The notes under the pieces: generated by a model
The model's database searches: none
Seen by the model: the letters and a program-made list of their open reading frames with translations, nothing else
Told to the model about the DNA's origin: nothing
Assembly (NCBI GenBank): GCA_963666835.2
Contig: CAXXGO010000001.1
Coordinates: forward strand, 1,984,001 to 2,048,000
Direction of reading: 5' to 3'
Source of the DNA: Phycisphaerae bacterium
Lineage (GTDB): Bacteria; Planctomycetota; Phycisphaerae; UBA1845
DNA: 64,000 nucleotides
In this document: positions 48,035-58,182 of the stretch, piece after piece
How positions within the stretch are numbered: position 1 is the stretch's first letter
How the letters are laid out: every line of letters begins with the position of its first letter
Translations under genes and position numbers: made by a program

Positions 48035-49570
48035 TTATTCCCGAGCGGCCAACAGACGGCGGATCTCGTGTTGGATGGGCTGTGCTCCGTGATCGTGGTT
48101 TGACATCACTGCGGCCGTGTATCCGGAATCGAGGAACATATCCAGATTCGAGTTGATCCCGGAGAATCCGCCGGAGTGTCCGACGATCCGCTCATCGCCC
48201 TCGCGGTCTACGGAGAAGCCGAAACCGTAGTCCGGGGAGCTGATCTCGGGCTTCGCCGACCAGACCATCTCCGTATACTCCGGATTGAGGAGTTTGTGGT
48301 CGCGAAGGGCTTGGTCGAACCTGAGCAGATCCTCAACCGTAGAGAACCCTCCGCCGGCCGGGCCGCCGCGAATCACGTGCTTGAATATGTTGTTGATCCA
48401 GCCGTTCTCGTCTTTTGAGTATCCCATCGCCAGGTTGGGTACGGGTCTGTCCATGTCGTAGCAGTCGCTGTTGATCATGCCGGCCGGCTCATAGATGTTC
48501 CGGCGGACGTAATCGAAGTAGCTTTGCCCGGTGACCTTCTCGATCACCACGCCGAGCAGGAATATCCCCGTGTTGCTATAGCGCCAGCTCGTGCCCGGTT
48601 CGAATGCGAGGGTCTCGTCGGTGATCAGCGGGCGGTAGTCGTCCAGATCTCTGAACATGGCGCGCGATGACTCCATGAACGTCGCGTTGAAGTAGCTGCC
48701 CAGGCCGGACGTGTGCGTCAGGAGGTGCATGATCTTGATCCGGTCGGTAATCTCACGCGGAAGCCAATCGGTGGAGAGGTACTTGCTCAGGGGATCGTCC
48801 AGCGAGAGCTTGCCGCGTTGGGCGAGTTGGGCGATGGCGACACCCGTGAACATCTTGTTCATCGAACCGAGATTGAACTTCGTGTCGATCTTGTTCGGGA
48901 CGTCATATTGCTTGCTGGCCAGCCCAAATGCGGCTTGGTAGAGGACCGTGCCGTCCTTGGCCAACAGGACCGTACCGGAGAACACTCCGGCGTCAGCCAT
49001 GCGGCTTACGTACTCCTTCAGCTTCTTTACGATCTGTTGGTCGGACATGCTCTGCGCCGGTTTCGCTTCCTTCGGGGCACGGGCCGGCGAGAACCGCAGA
49101 CCAGCGATTCGGTAGGGCGGTGTCGCCTCAATGTCCACGCTGACCTGGGCCCAACCCTGCGTAAGCCGGTTGCGCAGGATCACGACGTGCCTCGTCGAGA
49201 ATTCCGGGGACTCGTACATACGGATGCCAAAGAAGTCGTAACCTTGGCTTCGCTCATAAACACTGGCGAAGACACTCAAATGGCGGTCCATCGGCGCGAA
49301 GTCGCGGAAACGCTCGTTAAACGTCTCGTTGATGAAGGTGCGTACTCTCTCGCGGTCGTTCGAGTTGATCACGTCGATCAGCTCTTCAATCCGCTCGCCC
49401 ACCGGTCCGTCGGGCAACTCGCGTACGTCAGTAAACAGGCCGCGGTCCGGTTGAGCCCACGCCTGTTGCCCGCCGGGCAGTCCGAATGCGCAGAGTATGA
49501 CGGCACACAACGTCAGCTTCGCCGGATTCCGTTTTCCAGTCCCTTCTCTGTGGGATTTCAGCAGAATCAT
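48035..49570 (-). CDS. Serine hydrolase, beta-lactamase class C / S12 family, secreted
   Basis: SMNK (SxxK), YSN, GHSG; signal peptide ending AWA. Confidence 0.92.
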   Translation of the reverse strand: MILLKSHREGTGKRNPAKLTLCAVILCAFGLPGGQQAWAQPDRGLFTDVRELPDGPVGERIEELIDVINSNDRERVRTFINETFNERFRDFAPMDRHLSVFASVYERSQGYDFFGIRMYESPEFSTRHVVILRNRLTQGWAQVSVDIEATPPYRIAGLRFSPARAPKEAKPAQSMSDQQIVKKLKEYVSRMADAGVFSGTVLLAKDGTVLYQAAFGLASKQYDVPNKIDTKFNLGSMNKMFTGVAIAQLAQRGKLSLDDPLSKYLSTDWLPREITDRIKIMHLLTHTSGLGSYFNATFMESSRAMFRDLDDYRPLITDETLAFEPGTSWRYSNTGIFLLGVVIEKVTGQSYFDYVRRNIYEPAGMINSDCYDMDRPVPNLAMGYSKDENGWINNIFKHVIRGGPAGGGFSTVEDLLRFDQALRDHKLLNPEYTEMVWSAKPEISSPDYGFGFSVDREGDERIVGHSGGFSGINSNLDMFLDSGYTAAVMSNHDHGAQPIQHEIRRLLAARE

Positions 49571-49724
49571 CTAATCGCCTTTCCTGATGAGAGAGATGTC
49601 GTCTGTATCAAACCTGCCGTTTCGCCAGGGCGATTAGGGGGAGAAAACTACCTCCGCCGTTTCTTTCCCGGAATCAGAGCGGACCGTTGCAGGCCCGCCG
49701 AACCTGCTCCGAGAGACTCCGAGG

Positions 49725-50954
49725 CTATGCGCCGACCTTTGTTCGCTGCGGCGTAACGGGTACCTCCAGCGTCCTTCCGTCACGATCCACTTTCAGCGTT
49801 ACCGGTGTGGGAGAGCCGAAGAGCCTGCCCAGCTCATCTCGTGCGATTGCGCCGATCGGTTTGCCGTTGACCATGGTAACGACATCGCCGGGTTTGATAC
49901 CGGATTTCTCGGCGGCGCTGCCGGGGGTCACTGCGGAGACTTTCCAGCCGGTTGAGCCCGGCGCAAAAGCCACTCCGATTCGGAACGGGCTGTCACTTCC
50001 TTGGTGTGGCTTGCGGGTTGTCCGTGCGGTGCCTGATCCACTGCGGCGCAGGCGGATACGGCGGTTCTGCTGATCGATCGTCATTGCGAAGTCTTTGAGC
50101 ATCCCGGAACCAATGTTCGCGCAATCGAACTCCACCATCGGACCGAGATCCGCAAAGTCGACGCTCGGATCGTGAAACTCGTGGTCTCCGACCCGGATCA
50201 CGCCGTTGAGTTTGGCCGCGCTGATCTCAGTCGCTCCGGAGGGTGTCTGGGCTCGACCGACGACCCGGGGCTTGCCGGCCAGAGGGATCTTGTCCTGCCA
50301 CTTGGTTAGCATTGTCAGAAAGCCGGGCGAGCCGGTGTCGACGTGCGTCTTCATTGGAGTACCCGCGACAATCGCCTCGATAGTAACGCCGTAATCTCGG
50401 TCCGGGTCCGGAGAATACGCTATGACATCTCCGCCCGGCGGCGGGAGTTCACCCATCTCGAAGATGAACCTCTGATTCGGGTAATCGAAGGTGAACAGGC
50501 AGTCTTCGAACAACGGGAGACCGAGAATCCCCACCGGAGCGTCGGGCGTAGCCGGCATAAACGAATCAAAATCAGCCACCATGACATGGACTTTGGAGAA
50601 TACCACGTCTCCGATCGTAATCGAGTTGACTTCAACCGGATCGGACTCCTCTACGGCCCCTAGCCCGGGAACCGTTTGGGGAACCGGCAGGCCCAGCTCC
50701 TTTGCCACGCTATCGTCAATCAATGCCGTCATGGTCGTGCCCGTGTCCACATCGAGCCGAAACGGGCCTTTCCCGTTGATTCTGGCCATCACGGCCGGCC
50801 TGGTGCCCCATTCTTCCATTGGCGCAGACACGACCGGGGCGCTCAGTCTCGTGGATTTTGGGGGCTTCATATCGGGCGGAAGAGTCTCCGCCTGGGCGAA
50901 CGAACACATGCTCGAAGCTGAGGTGATCGCGGCAACGGCAATCAGGTGGCACAT
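49725..50954 (-). CDS. Secreted double retropepsin-type aspartyl protease with C-terminal PDZ domain
   Basis: Two VDTG motifs; GILG; PGSAAEKSGIKPGDVV..VNG PDZ; GAAAGGA before ATG 50954. Confidence 0.88.
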   Translation of the reverse strand: MCHLIAVAAITSASSMCSFAQAETLPPDMKPPKSTRLSAPVVSAPMEEWGTRPAVMARINGKGPFRLDVDTGTTMTALIDDSVAKELGLPVPQTVPGLGAVEESDPVEVNSITIGDVVFSKVHVMVADFDSFMPATPDAPVGILGLPLFEDCLFTFDYPNQRFIFEMGELPPPGGDVIAYSPDPDRDYGVTIEAIVAGTPMKTHVDTGSPGFLTMLTKWQDKIPLAGKPRVVGRAQTPSGATEISAAKLNGVIRVGDHEFHDPSVDFADLGPMVEFDCANIGSGMLKDFAMTIDQQNRRIRLRRSGSGTARTTRKPHQGSDSPFRIGVAFAPGSTGWKVSAVTPGSAAEKSGIKPGDVVTMVNGKPIGAIARDELGRLFGSPTPVTLKVDRDGRTLEVPVTPQRTKVGA

Positions 50955-51021
50955 GGTAACGGTCCTTTCTTCGGTGTTTGCGGTTCCGAGGGTCGCGAGA
51001 CCCCGACGCAAGTTTGTTCAG

Positions 51022-51038
51022 TAGTACGATTCGTACTA
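51022..51038. promoter_or_regulatory. Perfect palindrome, candidate PadR operator
   Basis: TAGTACGA-T-TCGTACTA between the divergent protease and padR genes. Confidence 0.6.
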
Positions 51039-51122
51039 TCATGAGACGGGCTTGGGGAGGCGGTCCTGTCAGGAATCGGCGAGGAGTTTCGTCGGTAACG
51101 ATGGGCACCGGCTTTCCTTGGA

Positions 51123-51668
51123 GTGAGAATTGTGCAGAGCGAGCTGGAGAACGTGGTTCTGGGTATGGTATGGGCCGACCAGCCTTGTACCGCCTACACC
51201 GTGCGTAAAGTCTTCCAGAATTCGCCCTCTTCCCATTGGAGCGGCAGCGCCGGGGCGATCTACCCCCTGATGCGCCGCCTGGAAGGGCGGGGTCTGCTGT
51301 GCTCGACCGCACGCCGCGGCGACCGGAGGGCGACCAAGCTCTATCGGCTGACCCAGCGCGGGCGGCGCGACCTCGAGGCTTGGCTTAGCCCGCCGCTGCC
51401 GCCCGCCTCGGCGCTCATGAACGTGGATCCGCTGCGGATTCGAGTGTGGTTTCTTAAGGTGCTGCCGGAGGAGCAGCGGCTGGCCGTGATTGATGAAGCG
51501 TTGGCGAAGATGCACGAGCAGCTTGAGCGAGTGCGGGAAGAGGCTCGGCGCAGTTGGGCGCTGCGGAATGCCTCCAAGTACCTCGTGGATCGCGGCGCCG
51601 TCCTGAGCATTCGAGCCCAGGCAGCCTGGCTACGCGAAGTACGGCGATCGTTGGATAGTCTGCGCTGA
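51123..51668 (+). CDS. PadR-family transcriptional regulator
   Basis: WSGSAGAIYPLMRRLE, LYRLTQRGRRDLEAWL. Confidence 0.9.
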   Translation: MRIVQSELENVVLGMVWADQPCTAYTVRKVFQNSPSSHWSGSAGAIYPLMRRLEGRGLLCSTARRGDRRATKLYRLTQRGRRDLEAWLSPPLPPASALMNVDPLRIRVWFLKVLPEEQRLAVIDEALAKMHEQLERVREEARRSWALRNASKYLVDRGAVLSIRAQAAWLREVRRSLDSLR

Positions 51669-51688
51669 GGAACGCTCGCTACGAGGGC

Positions 51689-52000
51689 TCACGGCCTTCG
51701 TCGTGACCATGAATGCTCGTTGGGCCGGCCGTTGGGTACCGATTCTCGGAGGCGGTCAACGCGTTCGCGAACCGCCGGGATGAGGTACATAGAGTCTGAA
51801 TCAGGTATTGCGGCCAGCGCGACGATGGTGCGTTCCAGGCGGGTGGCCGGGTCGGCGTCCGAGTCGATGAACAGCACTTGCTCGCCGCGGACTCGACAAA
51901 GTCCGCCGCCGGTTCCGCCCAGATGTTCCCAACGCACCGCGATTCCGAGGCGGTCGAACACCTCAACTACCGTGTCGAGTTGGGCTGAGTCTGTGCCCAT
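51689..52000 (-). CDS. Hypothetical protein (103 aa)
   Basis: C-terminal part of the 314-aa ORF; LGIAVRWEHLGGTGGGLCRVRGE..LFID resembles a conserved small planctomycete family. Confidence 0.7.
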   Translation of the reverse strand: MGTDSAQLDTVVEVFDRLGIAVRWEHLGGTGGGLCRVRGEQVLFIDSDADPATRLERTIVALAAIPDSDSMYLIPAVRERVDRLRESVPNGRPNEHSWSRRRP

Positions 52001-52090
52001 TCCGGCCAACCCTTCAAGAAATCCGCCCGATCGAGCCGATATCCATGATCCAGTGCCCTCTGAAGATAGCACAGGAGAGGACCGCATCCA

Positions 52091-52972
52091 ATGGTGAGAA
52101 ACCCGCCTGCCAGAGCCCGTACCATCGACAGCCCCACGTACGCGGAGCCGCCTGCGTCCGGCGTGGCGCGCGCAGAGTCGGCCCCTCCCGCGACGGACGG
52201 TGATGCTGCAATCGTCGAACGAGAGCTCGAGAAGCTGCAAGGGCAGTTGACTCAACTGAAAGCACAAGTTCGCCAGGCCCAGCAGCTTGCCGGTCTCGGT
52301 ACCGCGGCCGCTATGATCGCTCACGAGGTGAACAACCTCCTCACGCCGGTTAAATCGTATGCCCAGGCGGCTCTGTCTAACGATGACATTGAACTGCAGC
52401 GAAAAGCCCTGACGGTAACGGTCAAGAACGTGGAACTGCTCGTGGCAATGTCGGAGCGGGTGCTCAATATCAGTGCGGCCAAGCCTCCGGTTCGCGAGCC
52501 GGTCTCGCTGCGCCGAGCCGCGGACGACGCGGTGGCCAGCCTCTGCCGCGATCTGAGCAAGGACGGTATCAGTCTGGTCCTCAGAATGGACGAGTCGCTT
52601 ACGGTCTGGGCCGACGCTCTGCAACTCCAGCAAGTTCTGTTTAACTTGCTGCTCAACGCCTCCAACGCCATGCGTTCCTCACACGGCGGTCGGATCACGG
52701 TTGCTGGTGCAATCGAAGCGGGCAAGGGCGTTATTGAGGTTAAGGACAATGGTCCGGGAATCCCCGCGGAGATGCTGCCGCGGATCTTCGATCCCCTGCA
52801 GACTTCCAAGCCGATGGACCCCAAAGGGCAGCAGCGGTGTGCCGGGTTGGGACTTGCGCTATGCCGGGATCTGGTCATGGAGAACGGCGGCACAATCACC
52901 GTGGCCAGCGAGCCGGGCGTCGGAACGACTTTCACAATCACCCTTCCCGCCAACGAGCCCGCCGCGCAGTGA
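52091..52972 (+). CDS. Cytoplasmic histidine kinase (HisKA + HATPase, no sensor domain)
   Basis: IAHEVNN, VLFNLLLNA, DNGPGI, GLGLALC. Confidence 0.93.
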   Translation: MVRNPPARARTIDSPTYAEPPASGVARAESAPPATDGDAAIVERELEKLQGQLTQLKAQVRQAQQLAGLGTAAAMIAHEVNNLLTPVKSYAQAALSNDDIELQRKALTVTVKNVELLVAMSERVLNISAAKPPVREPVSLRRAADDAVASLCRDLSKDGISLVLRMDESLTVWADALQLQQVLFNLLLNASNAMRSSHGGRITVAGAIEAGKGVIEVKDNGPGIPAEMLPRIFDPLQTSKPMDPKGQQRCAGLGLALCRDLVMENGGTITVASEPGVGTTFTITLPANEPAAQ

Positions 52973-53006
52973 CTGCAAGCACGTGTGAAAGCGATCAGGG
53001 GGTCGG

Positions 53007-56000
53007 CTACTGACCGCCCCGCAACTTCGGCCGATCGAGGTTCGGGCGGCGTAGCCATCGCGGTCCCGCATCGAACAGAAAGTCGGTCATGGCTTCGATA
53101 GCCCCCTGGCCGTCGTCCAACAGTTCGGGGTCACGAAGCCGTGCGGCCAACGGAGCCCGATCGGCAGGTGACCAACCGACGAACGGGCTGCTTACATCAT
53201 CTCCAAAGAGGTCGGGCATGTAGGTGTACTCCACTATATGCCCGGGGCGCTCCAGCCATTTGTAGACCCACTCACGCCGCAGGCGGCGGTACAACGGCTG
53301 CAAGTCGGGGGCCATACGATGCACGGTCTCAGCCGGGATTTCCGGATCCACAAACGCGTGGCAAGCCGTGCATGCCAGGGATGCGAAGAGTATCTCACCA
53401 TCCCGTATTCTGTCTGCGGTCGTTCCGGGCGAGGGCACGTCCATGGCCGGAAAACTCACGTCGTACAGCCGTCGAAGACCTTCGGCCTTAGCAACAAGGC
53501 GCCGATCGTCTGAGGTGAGTGACTTTGTATTGTCAGCCGGATCGATCAGGAGGTTGGCCGTCGCATAATCCCGAATCTCACTCAGTGCCGCCGCGAACGA
53601 CCCCATGTCCCGCCCGATGTTTGTGTCCGCGCGGTCTCCTTCCTCTATCACCTTCAGACGGTCCGCCAGCCAGCGAGATTCATCCTGCCCCAAGCCGACG
53701 AAGAACCGCATCAATCGCAGCCGGTCTTCTCTTTCGAGGTGAAAATTCGGCATTCGGGCGGATAGCCAGGGTCTGATAGTAACGGCCTCGTCCAGGAAAC
53801 CGTACAGCCACGAACTCTGCAGCTTGGCTCCCACACCGCGAAGTGACGGGGGTACGTCATCGAACTCGCGCAGATCGTTCGGCGCGACAGGAGAATACTG
53901 GCGAATCACCGCGACGTTACCGTCGATCTCGTGGCAGCCGACGCAGTTCAGCTTGCGGACCATGTCGCGGCCGTCGGCGAGCATGCCGGCGCAGGTGCCG
54001 TCATAGTCGATTAGCAGCTTACGGCTGACCCGCGGCGTGCGCCGAGATAGCAGGTACGTCACCAAAGCGTCCACGTCCGGCGAAGCCAAGTACAGATTCG
54101 GCATCTTGGTCTTTTCGTACGGGGCCTTGGCCATCATCCGGTCCCAAATGCGCGGGTTGAGCAACTTGTGACGGGCGAACGACGCCCGGTCACGCGATAC
54201 TTTCGCCGGCGGGTTTGTTCCGCCCGCTCGGGGGATCAACCGATCCGCGTCCTTCGGGTAGACGTTTTCGAAGGTGCCCGGGTGGGCACGCCGCACGGGG
54301 TCGTGTCCGGGTTCGAAGTACCCGAAGAACAGGCGCGAGATCGACTTTTCACCCCAGTCGTTCAAATCGGGCCCGGGACGCGGCGTGTCTTCGAAACCGG
54401 GAATGCGGTGGCAGGCAGAGCAGCCGTAGTGCCCGATGAGCTTACTGCCCAGCAACACCCGGCCGCGCTGCTCGGCTGACAGCCGTGTTGCCATACTCCT
54501 AACACGGTCCTCTCCCAAAGATGCTCCCAGCCGAACGACCAGCGCTTCCGTGAGCTGCGGGGCGCCGGCTGCGGAGTCTCCCGGGCGGACCCGGCCGCCG
54601 AGCATGTTTGATAGGAGCTCCTCGCTTATTTCCTGTTCGGCGATGGTATTACCGGCATCGTCCGGGGCGGGGCGGTAGTCATCGAGGGAACTCAAATACT
54701 CTGCAACGTGAGCCGCCTCTTCAGGAGAAAGACGCGGGTTTGGCATTCGTGTATCGGGTGCATGTCGATCGGGGGCCGTCAGCCAGGAGAAAAGCCACGC
54801 GCGGGACGCCTTCGAGCCGACCCGGGAGAGTTCGGGGGCGTAGCGCGTGAAGATCCTTATGTCTGCTCGCTTAGTTGGATGCGTCCGCAACGGCGCGGGT
54901 TCGAAAATCGTGTCGGTTTCGTCAGGATACGTCCGCATCGCATCGCGCACGCGGTCTTCGTAGCGCCAGATGTCGTATTCCCTCGCGGCTGATCCTCTGC
55001 CGCCGCCGGAAACGCCTTGGCGCCTGACATACCACTGTCTTCCGAACTCTGCGATACTGCCGTGACAGCCGAGGCATCCGACTGATCGGAACAGGGCCTG
55101 TCCCCAGGATGCTTTGCCGACGACCCCGACCGGCGGCGTACGCATCTCGGCAGGTTCGGATACCGCAAACAGACATTCCACAATGGCCGCGACCTCCGCC
55201 TCCACCCGCATCTTAGGATGAGGATCGAGCGCATCGGCCGACTCCGCCCGGTTGTTCTCCTGATCGAAGAAATGCGGCATTCGTGTCGATGGCCGGAACT
55301 CTTGAGGGGTCAACACCCATGACTTGACGAACTCGGGAGTCGTTTTGGTGGCTAACCTCGTCAGGTCGGGGCCGACCCGGTCAGCTTCGAGCGTATCGTC
55401 CAGCAAGTGGCAGTTTTTGCATCCGAGCCGGGAGGCAAGATGCCGTCCGCGATCCAGGTATACGCCGTGCCCGGTTGCGCCAAACCGGGAGACATCGGAT
55501 ACCCGTGTGTGGCATCCTGCGCAACCGGCTTCCACGTGGCGCAACGGGAGCATCGTCTGATCCCAGCTCCGTGAGACCTGCTCGAACGTGCTTGTCGCGC
55601 TTCCCAGCCGCACCCCACCGTACCTTCCTTGCCATTGCTTCGCCTGTTCCGGGTCGTTCGGCCGATGGGCGGCGAGTATGAAATCCGTCTCCTGAGGATT
55701 CCCGCCGTGGCAGGCGGTGCAGCCCATCGAACTCAGCGGGTGGGCCGAACTTCCGGACACGAATACGCCGAGGTCCGAATGGGCTGTGAACGGCTTGGTA
55801 AACGAAATAGGGTGGCGATCCTCAATGGCCAGATACGTGTTGGCAACGTCGAGTAGTCGTCCGAGGTAAAACGCGCGGGTGCTTTCGTCCAACTCGTACC
55901 AATGCTCCGTAACCTGCCCGATCGGGGGTGCCTCGCCGTCAGGATCCTGGTTTATGGGAGGCGCGGGGTATCCGATCCGTGAGCGACCGGTCCGCTCCAG

Positions 56001-56468
56001 GGCGTTGTTGATCGCCGGAAGCGCATCTTCCAGGAGCCCGGAAAGGCCGGCCGCGGTCAACCGCTGATCTGCAATTGAGACGTGACAGGTCGTGCAGCGC
56101 TCGGTCGTAGGTGCATCGTGCGCGCCGAGCCGTTGCCGCACGTCGGGGAGGATCACCTGCTTGATTTCATGGCGACCCGGGACCCCTCTTGGGGATACGA
56201 AGTCGACTATCGGGAGATTAAGCGCCGAGGAGGGCGAAGCGGGGTCAAGCGAAGGTGCTCCGCCCTCAGTATGCTGTGCACTGGCGAGTTTGCTCAGATG
56301 GGCAAGAGCGGCCTGATTCGCGTGGTTCTGGTTCTGCAGTTCTCGCCAGGGGCGATCAAAGTCTACCCAGACTGCCCAAACCACTGATACAACCAAGGCA
56401 AGCGCACCGGTGACGAACCACCAATGCAGCTTCTGTGGATCAAAGCATCTGTCGCGCGGAATCGCCAT
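53007..56468 (-). CDS. Membrane-anchored multiheme cytochrome c (8 CxxCH)
   Basis: CTTCH, CTACH, CAGCH, CKNCH, CLGCH, CSACH, CVGCH, CTACH; repeated distal MP motifs; N-terminal TM helix; start moved to ATG 56468 because the ORF-track start overlaps the tRNA. Confidence 0.9.
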   Translation of the reverse strand: MAIPRDRCFDPQKLHWWFVTGALALVVSVVWAVWVDFDRPWRELQNQNHANQAALAHLSKLASAQHTEGGAPSLDPASPSSALNLPIVDFVSPRGVPGRHEIKQVILPDVRQRLGAHDAPTTERCTTCHVSIADQRLTAAGLSGLLEDALPAINNALERTGRSRIGYPAPPINQDPDGEAPPIGQVTEHWYELDESTRAFYLGRLLDVANTYLAIEDRHPISFTKPFTAHSDLGVFVSGSSAHPLSSMGCTACHGGNPQETDFILAAHRPNDPEQAKQWQGRYGGVRLGSATSTFEQVSRSWDQTMLPLRHVEAGCAGCHTRVSDVSRFGATGHGVYLDRGRHLASRLGCKNCHLLDDTLEADRVGPDLTRLATKTTPEFVKSWVLTPQEFRPSTRMPHFFDQENNRAESADALDPHPKMRVEAEVAAIVECLFAVSEPAEMRTPPVGVVGKASWGQALFRSVGCLGCHGSIAEFGRQWYVRRQGVSGGGRGSAAREYDIWRYEDRVRDAMRTYPDETDTIFEPAPLRTHPTKRADIRIFTRYAPELSRVGSKASRAWLFSWLTAPDRHAPDTRMPNPRLSPEEAAHVAEYLSSLDDYRPAPDDAGNTIAEQEISEELLSNMLGGRVRPGDSAAGAPQLTEALVVRLGASLGEDRVRSMATRLSAEQRGRVLLGSKLIGHYGCSACHRIPGFEDTPRPGPDLNDWGEKSISRLFFGYFEPGHDPVRRAHPGTFENVYPKDADRLIPRAGGTNPPAKVSRDRASFARHKLLNPRIWDRMMAKAPYEKTKMPNLYLASPDVDALVTYLLSRRTPRVSRKLLIDYDGTCAGMLADGRDMVRKLNCVGCHEIDGNVAVIRQYSPVAPNDLREFDDVPPSLRGVGAKLQSSWLYGFLDEAVTIRPWLSARMPNFHLEREDRLRLMRFFVGLGQDESRWLADRLKVIEEGDRADTNIGRDMGSFAAALSEIRDYATANLLIDPADNTKSLTSDDRRLVAKAEGLRRLYDVSFPAMDVPSPGTTADRIRDGEILFASLACTACHAFVDPEIPAETVHRMAPDLQPLYRRLRREWVYKWLERPGHIVEYTYMPDLFGDDVSSPFVGWSPADRAPLAARLRDPELLDDGQGAIEAMTDFLFDAGPRWLRRPNLDRPKLRGGQ

Positions 56469-56478
56469 ATCGTGCGAA

Positions 56479-56565
56479 CGGAGCGGGAGGGATTCGAACC
56501 CTCGGTACAGTTTCCCGTACACCGCATTTCCAGTGCGGTCCCTTCAGCCGCTCGGACACCGCTCC
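56479..56565 (-). tRNA. tRNA-Ser(GGA), CCA not encoded
   Basis: GGAGCGG acceptor stem; anticodon arm CCGCA-CTGGAAA-TGCGG; long variable arm; GGTTCGAATCC T-arm; discriminator G. Confidence 0.97.
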
Positions 56566-56919
56566 TATTGGGCCTCACACCGCCATCGCCGCTGCAAGAC
56601 GCCTTCAGCCTACCGCAAACACCGGCTCCACGCCAGACGTTCGAATGCGAAACCTCCGCAGGCTTTCACTGGGTTCGGACATACGCATGCCTGAGGATGA
56701 TTGGCCCCGCCGGCTGACCAGCCCGGATTGTCCATCTGCAAGGCAATGTAGCGCCAGGGCTTGTCCCCGGCGTGAGAGCTCGCGGTGTTGCAGTGACGCC
56801 ACCCGCTAACAGCGGCGCTGCAGTGGGTTCCGCGCGTTTGTGCGAAAGCCGTGACTAGGTCGGGCTAGGGGGACGAGGCCCGGCGCCAATGGGATGGGCG
56901 GGATACGCGATCGGACGGT

Positions 56920-57294
56920 CTACGCGAACGAAAGAGACTCGCGGACTTCCGCGACGAGCTGGGATGCCGAGAGCGGCTTGGACATCACTGACAACGCTCC
57001 AAGCTCCTTGGCGCGATCAATCGTATCGTTGTCGCAGTAGGCAGTCTGGATGATGATGGCCGTGTTGGCCAGACGCGGGATGAAGCGGATCATCTCCAGG
57101 ATCGCGAAGCCGTTCATGTCCGGCATCATGATATCGAGGAGAACCAAGTCAACGCGATGGCTCATCAGAAGCGACATCGCATCTGGTCCGGAGGCGGCTC
57201 GGATTACCCGGAATTCATCCGAAGGCAGGGCGTCCTCGATCAGATCGAGGTTGTCGTGGTTGTCATCGACTGCTAGAACCAGACTGACCGACAT
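56920..57294 (-). CDS. Single-domain response regulator (receiver)
   Basis: AVDD, LLDIMMPDMNG, QTA, SKP. Confidence 0.93.
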   Translation of the reverse strand: MSVSLVLAVDDNHDNLDLIEDALPSDEFRVIRAASGPDAMSLLMSHRVDLVLLDIMMPDMNGFAILEMIRFIPRLANTAIIIQTAYCDNDTIDRAKELGALSVMSKPLSASQLVAEVRESLSFA

Positions 57295-58182
57295 GCGTTA
57301 GCCACTCCCTTCTAGTCCAATCTACAATACGCTTGCCAGAACTCGCCACTGCTCCGGCCGACCGGCCATACAGTTATCTGACCTTGGTGCCGGAGCAGTT
57401 GCCGGTTCCTCGAACGACGCGTGACCGGCACCGGGTAATTCCGACCGGATTCCGTTCCCGCTCCCGGGCAGGTTGCGACGGGCCGAATCCCTGATAGAAG
57501 CTCACGCAATGTCGTCTCACGCCGCAAGTGAATCTATCGTCGTTCTAGCCCCGCGCGGCCACTGCTCGCCGGTGCGGCCAACCATGTCACCAGAAGTACA
57601 CCCCCTTGTGTTTCAGTTGATGCGATGTCTCGGGACCAAGTCTGTGGGAGTGAGCGACGGCCGCCGTTCCGATAAACTGGCGGATGTGGGAACAAGTCGT
57701 CTTCCGACCGGGTTTGCGGCCGATGCGTGCTTTGTCTGACGGGACCTCACCCGCTGCCTCGCGTCTCGGAGCGACAACATCCGACAGGGTCTGGTTTGGG
57801 CTTCACCGCGGCCGGGCCTATCATGAAAAGGCGGGCCGGCAGGAGAGAGCGTCCGTTACCCAGGCGTTCGCCGAGGCTTCGAAGCTCAAGGAGAGGAGAC
57901 TGCGGCGAGACCGTCGGGGATCGGAGTAGCTGGATGGTCGTATCTTCTCGTCGCTCAGGTCCCGGATGCGTGTTCGGTCGCCTGATAAAGCCGGACGGGC
58001 CCGTGTCAGTCGTGATTGCAACGGCGTTTGACATGTATCATAATCGTCGTGGTCCTGAGGCGCATAGGGGTTAATCCCTGTCGTTGGCGTTCCGAAGGAA
58101 CCGATTCGGAAAGCCCGCGGCAATTGCTTGTGGCCGGCCTGTTTCGCATGCTCCTTGAACTTGGGGCGGGAGGTGTTTACGG

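Noticed and set aside
56469..56522. ORF-track N-terminal extension of the cytochrome (MYGKLYRGFES...)
   Set aside because: It overlaps the tRNA-Ser gene.
56479..56565. tRNA-Ser as an integration (att) site of a genomic island
   Set aside because: No integrase and no duplicated tRNA 3' end were seen in the window.
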